Positions 1 through 7,976 of a stretch of 26,025 bases of DNA are shown here, piece after piece. The notes below the pieces were generated by a model that had not been told where the DNA came from, searched no databases, and was given only the letters and a program-made list of their open reading frames with translations. The stretch lies in assembly GCA_002269645.1 (NCBI GenBank), contig NIVC01005111.1:1-26025 (forward strand), in the 5' to 3' direction. Position numbers and translations under genes: made by a program. This DNA is from Macrostomum lignano. Lineage: Eukaryota. Each line of letters starts with the position of its first letter. The stretch's first letter is position 1.

Positions 1-622
1 ATCATGAGCAAAACCGAATAAAGGTCACTTGTCTAGACATCCTGGCGCCAAAAGTGACTGCAAAAAGCCCATAAATCAAAGGAGAAGGTAAAAGAGCGAG
101 TGGGGAGGAGGCTGGAAAGACCTCCTTGACCCAGACAGGCTGGAGCCAAAAGTGACAGCCAAACCGCAGTAAATTATTAAAAATATTGAAAAAGTCACAA
201 ATCAGGGGGTCAGAATGAGATTAAAAACATTCCTCCCAGACTTAGTGTCGCCTGTCTAGACTGTTAGAGGTCAAACCACTTCAGACCTGGATAGCCTGAC
301 CTTCAGAGATGCGTAAACAACCAAAATTAGAATCCTAAGGGAAGTACATTAAGCCTCTAACATAATTAATAGTAATGTCATAAAATGACATAGGACTCAG
401 CCTAAATGAGAGAATAGAGAGAAATTCCTAAGCTAGCCTACTGACGGTAGGGGAAAAAGCGCATCGGAGCAAAATGTGCGGTTTTAAGATTGAAAAAAGA
501 CGCGTCCTCATCATTTATGCAATAGTGAAAACAAAAAGACGGTTTTATGTAAATACCAGATGCAGAAGGAACTCTGAGATCTTGAACAGATTCATTTGAA
601 GGTGCTCTATTTCAACAAGCTG

Positions 623-780
623 CCGTTGGGATAAGCTGAAAATTATCGACACAGATCCGTGTGGATAAAATAGGAATTTTATTGACACGGCCTAAAGACT
701 TGAATTGTGGTAGCTATTTCAATAGGCTGCCGTGGGGTGTGAATAAAATTGGAATTATCAGCACGGGACCGTGGGGATAA
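623..780 (+). repeat. Degenerate short repeat array, motif CCGT(G/T)(G/T)GGATAA
   Basis: Motif at 623-634, 657-668 and 769-780, a variant at 730, and interleaved aatt(a/t)t..cac(a/g)g motifs. Also present in copy 2 (~16392-16549). Confidence 0.5.
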
Positions 781-892
781 GCACTTCCTTTTTAATATGG
801 AAGTTTCAAGCTTACTAGTAGCCAACATAAAAATAATAGAAAAATATGGTATATACTCCCCATTTATACAGTGCTAGGACAATAGGTAAATA

Positions 893-1037
893 ATAAACGC
901 CGTTTATTTCACATTCTGTGGTTAGAATGTCCGAGGCTGCATTTAATGGTTCCGAGGCGAGCAAAGCGAGCCGAGGACCATTGATTGTAGCCGAGGATAT
1001 TCTAACCACAGACTATGGTGAATTAAGCGGCGTTTAT
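893..1037 (+). other. 145-bp imperfect inverted repeat/hairpin with three tandem G.A mismatches
   Basis: Outer arms ataaacgcc (893-901) / ggcgtttat (1029-1037) and tctgtggttagaatgtcc / ggatattctaaccacaga. Loop gc-aaa-gc at 961-967. CGAG/CGAG internal mismatches at 933-934/993-994, 954-955/973-974 and 959-960/968-969. Confidence 0.9.
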
Positions 1038-1233
1038 CATATATGAACTTCGATATCTTATTTTTCGAGGGCATCCCATCTGATTGATAGACATTATAGG
1101 CTTAGGCCATTTGATTCCGACCATAGACAAATCAAATACGTTTCTCACGAAGATGCAGTCACGAAGCAGCCAGTCAATCAGTGGTGGCAAAAAGTAAAAG
1201 CCAAATTCAGAGTCGCTTCTTATACAATACAAT

Positions 1234-2589
1234 ATGGAATATGGCTGAGAAGACCTCAATTTTGACGCTTTCTTTGCTGCTGTCGGAATAGAGTCGACAA
1301 CTCGAGTTTCTGCTGAGTCCCTGGACGAAGCTGCTCTAAAAAAAAGAATCAAAGAAAGTTTGCCTGCCGCTACCCAAACGAAGGAAAAATGGGCAATGAA
1401 GTTATTTAATCTATGGAAAGAGACGCGCGTCAATCGTCAATTGGCAGGCGAAGAGTCGGGACTTATGGTTCTCAAGCCAACCGAGGATCTAACAAAATCC
1501 GACCTGAACCATTTGCTCCAGTATTTTGTGTTCGAAGTTAGTAAAGAGAATGGAGAAAAGTTTCCACCTGGCACCATCAAAGATCTAGTCTCCATGATCC
1601 AGCACCACTTTGTTTACGGACTTAAACGGACTCTTTCCATCTGGACTAATGCCGAGTTCGCTGAAACGCGACGTGCGCTAGATGCTGCCATGCGAGAGAC
1701 CGCCCGGGAAGGACAATTAAATGGTGGGCGGACAGCTGCACCAATTGCTTCGGATAGTGAGAATATCTTATGGGAGCGAGGTCTATTAGGAGATGATTCT
1801 CCGAAGGTGCTACTCAACACCCTAATATTCATGATCGGTAAAGTCTTTGGATTGCGAGGCGGTAGTGAGTTACACAGGCTCGAAATCAACAAGCAGCTGC
1901 AGCTATCTATCGAGGGAACGGACGAGGTTCTCGTGTACAAAGAGAGTTCCGTTTCAAAGACAAGGCCTGGTGGTTTGAAGACATTTAATAGGCCGCTCAA
2001 GCAAAATTCAGTGTTTCATACTCCCGGTCACGTTCGTTGCCTAGTGTGTCTGTATAAGAAGTACGTTGGTTATCGTCCGCCAGACTGCTCTAAGCCGCAG
2101 CTATTTCTATCGTGCATCCGCAAGGATGACACTATTCGCTCCGGCAAGTGGTACCAAAATCAATCGCTTGGTGTCCACAGTTTGGAAGCTGTTGTTCGGA
2201 ATCTGCTTGTTGGTCTACCTGAACCAAGTTCAGGGCGCTACACGAATCAGAGTCTTAGAAAGACCTGTGCCACCACGCTTCGGGATGCTGGAATTTCAAG
2301 GCCAGAAATTGCTCGTTTTACCGGTCATTCTTCATCTGCGATGGAGCGATACATCGGGCCATCAGCTAAAGTTGCTCGACTGGCCTCTGATGTTCTGCAG
2401 AACGTTTCTGTCTCGTCTGGATCATCAGCCTCGTCTGTTGAACCGTCTGAGCAAACTCGCGCTGTCTCGGCGTCAGCTGGTGAATCGTCGGTGCAAGTCG
2501 GCGCCGATCGAGTCACAGACGGGCGTCGTCGAGGTGTCAAGTCTATTGTCGTTGAAGATGGGCGGCTGGAAATAACGTTCCGTGACTAA
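1234..2589 (+). CDS. Crypton-type tyrosine recombinase (DUF3504-like); in-frame TGA at codon 5, open frame 1249-2589, next ATG at 1396
   Basis: Motifs FGLRGGSE (Arg, 1855), SKTRPGG (Lys), NQSLRKTCAT (HxxR box with His>Gln, 2248-2259), FTGHSS (His, 2326) and MERY (Tyr, 2350). N-terminal LPAATQTKEKWAMKLFNLW resembles Crypton YR N-termini. The ORF-track start at 1360 is a TTG, unlikely in a eukaryote. Confidence 0.88.
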
Positions 2590-2687
2590 GAGGATGTACA
2601 TGTAAGAACTCTCATCCGTAAACTGTTTGAATTGAATCATACAATTAGTAGAGTATGTAAGTTTCGTTGTCGTGTGAGTTGTTGGTT

Positions 2688-2738
2688 GCTAAATATAATG
2701 CTGGCTTGTATATAATGCTGGCTAAATATAATGCTGGC
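2688..2738 (+). repeat. Triple direct repeat of TATAATGCTGGC, putative right end of the Crypton-like element
   Basis: Copies at 2694-2705, 2711-2722 and 2727-2738; the 18-mer gctaaatataatgctggc is exact at 2688 and 2721. It abuts the truncation point of the THAP-transposase frame. Confidence 0.8.
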
Positions 2739-3589
2739 CAAAAGGCGACCATCGACGGCTTAGACAGGCCACCCCGATTGATCTCCCCCAAGAAGTCGAT
2801 TGCCGTGGTCTGGATTTCTTCATCACTATCAAGGGGCTGTAGGTTGTCAGAGTCGAGCAGACGCTGCAAGACGCGCATCCTCGCTTCCTTTGCACAAAAT
2901 TCTTAGCAACTGCTCCACTTACACTTCCATCCGTGCCAACCAATTCTACGACCTTGCCTTGCGACAGCGCTGAGCCATTCAGACCAATGGAGACCTTGTG
3001 ATTCGGTGCAATGCAGATGGAGCACGCTACCTGGCAGACATGCTTCTGCTCCAGCATGAAGATGCACAGGAACTCGTTGCAAATTGCAGTTTGAAACCCA
3101 TCTTGGCCTCGTCCCCTCAGAATCTAGCAGTTCTTGAATTTCTCGTGGCGAGCAATCGATAATTGAATCAGTGGCAAAGAAGTCGGAAATCTGATCTGCA
3201 TCCAGGCGCCTTTTTTCCGCCTCCATACGCGCAGATGATGTCGCAGTGCATGTGATCCGAGCTGCTGGGCGGACAGAGGAAAGGTATGATGGTGCGTTTG
3301 GAAAAATAGTTGGCACCGCATCTTGTCTCAGATAACGCTTAGCCAGCTGGCCTTTCTTCGCTTTGCGAGTGAAATTGTTGTCTTGTGTTGACTCAACGAA
3401 GTCCTCAGATGTGAAATGCAGTGAGCAGATGCGAGAGTACTTGGTGGGTTCAAAGTCCTTCCTCGGATTCGCCTTGTTCCATTTTTCCAGTAGACTCGGC
3501 TTGTTAAGTGGAAACGTCACAGTCCTGTCTGGTGTCGAACTATTAGCGAAGCCACTCCTGCAGCCGAATGCCGAACACTTATTCACCAT
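2739..3589 (-). pseudogene. THAP-domain (THAP9/P-element-like) transposase remnant, internally deleted and frameshifted
   Basis: ATG at 3589, then a C2CH THAP finger (MVNKCSAFGC...W...ICSLHF...AVPTIF, 3302-3589). Frameshift near 3105. A C-terminal motif VSGAVAKNF...CASC/QRLL...INRGGLSKPS (1-nt frameshift near 2865) follows with no RNase H catalytic core in between. Confidence 0.8.
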
Positions 3590-3907
3590 AACGAAGGATA
3601 TGCTTTCATTATGCAGAGTCAAATGAAGAAAGTGAATTTAGTTGTATTCGATATAAGCCGCAGCAGTTTTTGATAAATGCATATCTATGGAAACAATTGG
3701 CCTCATGTGGTAATTTTTTTGCGAGAATTTTTTCGCTTCCAGTCCAGATGCTAAGTATAGAAGTCCATGGTCTCCCTCTTTATGGGGTCAAAAAACTACA
3801 GTGCATATTAATGTCGATGTGGGCCATAGACAAAAATTTATTTACATTTCATTGTAGAAAGTGGGGGCTTTGCCCCACACCCCCATTCTCACTCTCCCCC
3901 TCCTAGC

Positions 3908-4077
3908 CATGGATGAATGAATAGAATTTTTCTATGAATAGAATTCGGCGAAGGCCGAAAATTGTCTATGGCAATCATCAACCAATGAAAAGGCACGGGG
4001 GGGAACCGGATGCAAAAGAGTCAAAAACGAAAATAGCCAGAGCCAGAATAGCAATCCATTCTATTCATTCATCCATG
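3908..4077. mobile_element. 170-bp MITE-like element with 20-bp perfect TIRs (CATGGATGAATGAATAGAAT)
   Basis: 3908-3927 is the exact reverse complement of 4058-4077. Internal hairpin ttcggc-gaag-gccgaa. No TSD found. The CATG...terminus resembles P-superfamily ends. Confidence 0.65.
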
Positions 4078-4096
4078 TGGGCACCCCATGCAATAT

Positions 4097-4130
4097 TTCT
4101 ATTTTCTACTATTGTAAGTAGAAAATAGAA
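4097..4130. repeat. Perfect 14-bp inverted repeat with 6-nt spacer
   Basis: ttctattttctact-attgta-agtagaaaatagaa. Confidence 0.85.
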
Positions 4131-4359
4131 TTCTACTTTCAGCTTCAGCTTTAAACTGCTGAATTCTATCTCAATTCCCGGAGAATAGGATAGGATCTCA
4201 TAATATTATTAACTATCCTATGGGCTCATCTCTTAAGTAGATTGCTACTATAAAAACGAAGCTTCTAGCAGGAAGAGAAGTATGCAAATAACAAACACAA
4301 ATGTTTTTGTTTTAATCGGTGCCTCCGATCAAACACCAAACAAGTCTTGATCGCGTTTG

Positions 4360-4365
4360 TTTATT
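4360..4365 (-). terminator. Polyadenylation signal AATAAA of the secreted peptide gene
   Basis: Minus-strand AATAAA lies ~34 nt downstream of the TAA stop at 4399-4401. Confidence 0.7.
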
Positions 4366-4398
4366 TAGCACAGGACAGTTCGGGTTATTCGAACTATT

Positions 4399-4686
4399 TT
4401 ACAGCTTGATGCAGCTGATGATCTGGATGGCGCTGCCACCGCACTTGCTGGCCAGGCAGGTGGCCAGCTTGCTGATGTTGGTGCCGCCGGAGAAGAAGCA
4501 GGTGATCAGGTTGGAGATCAGGCAGGTCGCGGAGCTGATGCCGTTCTGCTGCAGGCAGTTGGTGTCGATGCTCAGCACGGGCACGACCTCGTGAATGATG
4601 TCGTTAATGACCTCATTCTTCTGCTCAGGGGTGTAGGAGGCGGCGGCGAAGGCCACGAGAGCGAACAGGCAGGCGAGCTTGTACAT
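4399..4686 (-). CDS. Small secreted six-cysteine peptide precursor, 95 aa, intronless, family not recognised
   Basis: ATG in gccATG context. Signal-peptide-like N-terminus MYKLACLFALVAFAAA. Mature region C-x10-C-x7-C-x13-C-x4-C-x9-C. 89 of 95 codons end in G/C amid AT-rich flanks. TATA box upstream and AATAAA downstream. Confidence 0.9.
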   Translation of the reverse strand: MYKLACLFALVAFAAASYTPEQKNEVINDIIHEVVPVLSIDTNCLQQNGISSATCLISNLITCFFSGGTNISKLATCLASKCGGSAIQIISCIKL

Positions 4687-4754
4687 GGCTGTGCTGTTGT
4701 GTGCTTTGGCGCTGATGTGGAAGGCTTGTTCTAGTTAGTTGATGAATATGGTTT

Positions 4755-4783
4755 TGACTCGGCCAGCCGTGCCTTTATTTATA
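4755..4783 (-). promoter_or_regulatory. Core promoter (TATAAATA plus candidate initiator) of the secreted peptide gene
   Basis: Minus-strand TATAAATA at 4776-4783, with a TCA initiator-like site 28 nt downstream (A at 4755), implying a ~69-nt 5' UTR. Confidence 0.7.
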
Positions 4784-5739
4784 ATACCGCTGTGCCGCTG
4801 CAGGTGACGCTGTCTCGGACACTCCTGCTTCGCCCACGGCCCTGTCAAACTTGTCAATTAATTGGTTGTCCGAGGTCACCTGGCTGCGAATCGAACTCTG
4901 GCATGCAGTGTAGATTTTCCTTGGTTTTTAGGCTACTAAATTGTGTAGAGTTCAAAAAAGTTCGTGGGACACTGGCATGTGCGCGAGGCGTCAAAGAGTT
5001 TTAGTTGTCAGCGCGGACTTGATTTTATGCTATGTTTGGATTCTAGTTTGAAAAAATTGTCACCTACAAGTTACAAAATTGTTTGAAGGGTTATTTTCTG
5101 TTCTTGACCTTCTCTTCTCAGTTTGTAAACTCGCAAATCTATGATTTTCTGAAATTTCAATTCAGATAATCTGGAAGAAACTGCATGCGTAAGTGCGGAC
5201 CAGGATCGTACATTTCTGTGTATTGGCGCAATTTTAAGTAGCATGAATAGTAATAATAATAACAACTGATTACCAAGGACTACTTAAGAACACAGGACGT
5301 TACACTTGGAAATATTGGCAGAATTCTAAAAGGCCGATTTGAATGTGTGTCTATGGTTTTAGTGGCCTTTTTGCTATTTGAAGCAATGTGTATAATACAT
5401 GAATAGAAATTAAAGTCTAATGAATAAAGCTTTTTATATGCATGTGTTCCGACAAAATATTTATATTTATATAGAAGCAATGGTCAAAGCCTTTATCCAG
5501 GAGTCAATTTCAGCCTCTTCTTTCGGAAAAGTATACACGGTGCACCTTTTACCGCTTTTGTAGTTGCTGGTGCAGCCTGGAACGCAACACTTCGTCGGCA
5601 TCTTGTATAACTCAATTGACAATTTAATTTGAAGAAAGAAATAAAAGATCCAGAGAACACAGAAGAAGTGATCTGTTTGCGATCTTGTCTGCTTGGTGCT
5701 CTAAGCTAGACTTGTGGGTTATAAGAATCATACTCATAT

Positions 5740-6186
5740 AACAACAACAACAAAATACGCTGTCAGGATGGCAAAAGTCAGCGTCACAGGGCGCGCCTCA
5801 TGGCTTGGGCGCGAACAAAGGCCGCGCCACCGGCAGTGTCCGGGGCGCCGGCGTTAGCTAGCAGACAGTCGACATAACGCCGAGTTCGCGCTTGACCTCG
5901 CCGGTAGGGTGCCTGCAGCGTGAGCAGCAGCACCTCCTGCATCGGCTGTGGGCAGTACGACTCGGCGCGGATGAGATGGCCTGCGAGCTGGAGTCGCCGA
6001 TGGCACAGTAGATCGCGCCACACGCCCTCAATTACCCCAGCTAATGCTGGCACCCATTTTTTTTACAGCTGGATGAACTGAAGCAATGCAGAGTTAAGTG
6101 GTCTTGTTCAAGGACACAAATTGCTCCGAGTGGGTCGAGAATCAAACCCCCGACGCTCTAATCACTACTAGGCTACTGCAACCCCC
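5740..6186 (-). mobile_element. Composite SINE: tRNA-derived head, CORE-like central domain and RTE-LINE-derived 3' tail
   Basis: A-box-like TAGCCTAGTAG (6165-6175) and B-box-like GGTTTGATTCT (6138-6148). Central ttgtgtccttgaacaagaccacttaactc...ctgtaaaaaaaatggg (6053-6119) resembles the MIR/AFC CORE. The tail translates as RRLQLAGHLIRAE...RRGQARTRRYVDCL, like the post-RT C-terminus of RTE-clade LINEs, and ends in (TTG)4. No TSD found. Confidence 0.72.
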
Positions 6187-6711
6187 TCCTAGGCTACAAC
6201 ACTGCATGCTATAAACGTCAAATCCAATTATCTGTAGCGTTTCTGACAAAAAAGACTTAAAACGATGCCCAGAGCCTTTGTTAGGTAGACAGTAGTATAG
6301 CTAACTTTTTACTTGCAAATATGTGAAAAACGCAAATAAGGCTGTTGCGCTCCTTCCCGAGTTCTGTCAGTTGTACCTAAATTGAACTCGCTGCTCTGGG
6401 AGTTGCTAGATAGTACCGCAGTACTACCTATCGATTTGCCTGAGAAGAACCTAAAACGTTAGCCTTAGACTTGGTAGGGCTGCTGCCACCTTGGTTTGCG
6501 GACTCGACTCGTCGGAAGATTTGTATATCCGTAACCTGAAATAAATAAAAAGTCGCTCGGAGCAAGACAAATCTGAAACTGTCTCGACAGTTGATCGGAG
6601 ATGTTCCTACAATTGCTGTGCGAATCTGAAAATCTGTAAGCCTGAAATGAGAGAGGGGGAGCTCCTTGCCGGCGGACTCCGGTTGAGGAAAAACAGCTTC
6701 CAGGTGCTCCG

Positions 6712-7001
6712 TATTTATAGCCGAGCGGGCCCCGAAAGTCACGTGAGTTCCATGCGATGAGCGCGTGAAACTTTCTTATTTGGACCTCAGAGTCATGCAA
6801 GAGAGGCGTGATTCAAGGCCAACTTCCAAATAAGGCAAACTGTCAGGCAACAGTGGCGTGACTCAAGGTCAAATGCCTCACTCTATGCATGCACAGTCAC
6901 GTGCTTTTATGTGCTAAAAAAATTTGGGTGGATGAGTCATCCTGTTTACTCCCTCCAGACAGCCATTACACTCTGCATGCGGGTGAGCAGGGGGTGAGTC
7001 A
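6712..7001 (-). promoter_or_regulatory. TATA box with clustered AP-1 and GTCACGTG E-box motifs
   Basis: Minus-strand TATAAATA at 6712-6719. GTCACGTG at 6738-6745 and 6896-6903. TGA(C/G)TCA at 6859, 6933 and 6995. Repeats ggcgtga(t/c)tcaagg x2 and tgagtcatcctg x2. Motif-only evidence. Confidence 0.5.
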
Positions 7002-7576
7002 TCCTGCTTCTCCTCTTCAACGCGGGTGGGGAAATCATTGTGTGTGGCCACCTGCACGCCTGCTCGGGCGATCGGGCAGTAAACACTTAGGCCCAGCACA
7101 GGGCATCTCTCCCTAGATCAGGCGGACTGGACTGCTGTGCAGCGGAACACAGTCCCTAGGAAAGGCTAGTGAATGCTGCGACATAACTAGTTTGCAGCCA
7201 GTCGCTACAAGACGAACTAGCTAAAATTGTGACTGCGCCGCGCCAATTCAGCTTCCAAACTGTCCTGTGCACTTAAATAAGTTTTGTCAGTGGGGCAGAG
7301 CGCAACCGTATTGTCCAAAAATTGTGCTAGAATAAGGATTGCACTGTTGCGGCCCACCAGTTCAACGCATTTGGTGCCGAATCTGTGTGTCGCAACTCGC
7401 AACGCGCTGCTTCAATGAGCAAAGAGCTAATTAATAAATTCAGTCGATAGTCAGAATTCTGGGATACTATTATCAGAAGGGGCAGAAGTCGAGACTGGAC
7501 TCATATTATGTACAAGAAAATTTGTAAGCAATGGACCAAGAACCAGTTGGGGTCAGTCACAATCTTCGGCAGATGC

Positions 7577-7761
7577 TGTCATGACTAATGGGGTGGGGCC
7601 GCGTGGTAGGGGTGGAGCTTGTTTAGTAAGCCTAGTTAGCAGTACGTACGTTAATGTACATGCGCGGGCCACCGTGCCCCTTGGCCTATAAAATATATAG
7701 AGCGTGGAGGGTTTTGCCTCAACTGAGTTTACTCCAGAATAAGCGACTTGACTTCATTACA
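7577..7761 (+). repeat. 5' LTR (185 bp)
   Basis: tgtcatgact...cttcattaca; 183/185 identical to 12340-12524; contains TATAAAA. Confidence 0.97.
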
Positions 7762-7763
7762 AT

Positions 7764-7778
7764 TGGCGACGAGAATGG
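7764..7778 (+). promoter_or_regulatory. Primer-binding site, tRNA-Ser(GCU)-like, overlapping the gag ATG (7775)
   Basis: TGGCGACGAGAATGG starts 2 nt after the LTR. It matches 14/15 to the complement of the animal tRNA-Ser(GCU) 3' end as I recall it (TGGCGACGAGGATGG). Confidence 0.8.
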
Positions 7779-7976
7779 CTTCAGTTGGACAACTAGAGCC
7801 TTACGAAGAAGGCAAAGATTGGGACGCCTATCAAGAGCGAATGGACTCTTACATGCTTGCAAACGGCATAGAAGGCGACGACAAGAAGAAGGCAGTGTTT
7901 CTGACATTGATTGGCGAACGATGCTACGCAGTCCTGCGGGATCTCTGCAGTCTGACCAAGCCAACAGATCTGCAAT

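Larger units (their letters stand above)
893..2738 (+). mobile_element. Crypton-like tyrosine-recombinase DNA transposon (boundaries approximate)
   Basis: Stand-alone YR ORF without RT or other viral genes, a long hairpin upstream (893-1037) and a short tandem repeat downstream (2688-2738) where the neighbouring THAP reading frame is cut off. Terminal direct repeats were not identified. Confidence 0.75.

Noticed and set aside
17-49. Plus-strand LTR end (AATAAA...TGTCTAGACA) followed by a PBS-like TGGCGCC
   Set aside because: No matching LTR start, second LTR, TSD or downstream gag was found; TGTCTAGACA is just a 10-bp palindrome.
845-1018. TATGG termini as reported for CryptonS
   Set aside because: TATGG occurs at 845 and 1014 but not at the presumed right end, and a 5-mer is expected by chance.
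1023-2575. Overlapping ORFs 1023-1433, 1614-2000, 2066-2575 and 2325-2540
   Set aside because: They are shadow frames of the recombinase gene with no independent features. The many short ORFs over gag-pol were rejected for the same reason.
1360-2589. Phage/prokaryotic integrase or prophage interpretation
   Set aside because: There are no phage or bacterial genes or operon structure. The motif layout fits eukaryotic Crypton/DUF3504 YRs and the context is animal TEs.
3679-3689. CATAGATATGC as the THAP element's terminal repeat
   Set aside because: The position is plausible but no partner repeat was found anywhere in the unit.
3823-3972. Second MITE defined by the 11-bp inverted repeat GCCATAGACAA
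   Set aside because: It overlaps and interleaves with the stronger 20-bp TIR pair, has no TSD, and is short enough to be chance.
5784-6053. Stand-alone 89-aa gene
   Set aside because: It starts at GTG inside the SINE core and corresponds to a LINE C-terminal fragment.
6125-6186. Functional tRNA gene
   Set aside because: It has A- and B-box-like motifs but no anticodon arm or acceptor-stem pairing, and it continues into a SINE core.
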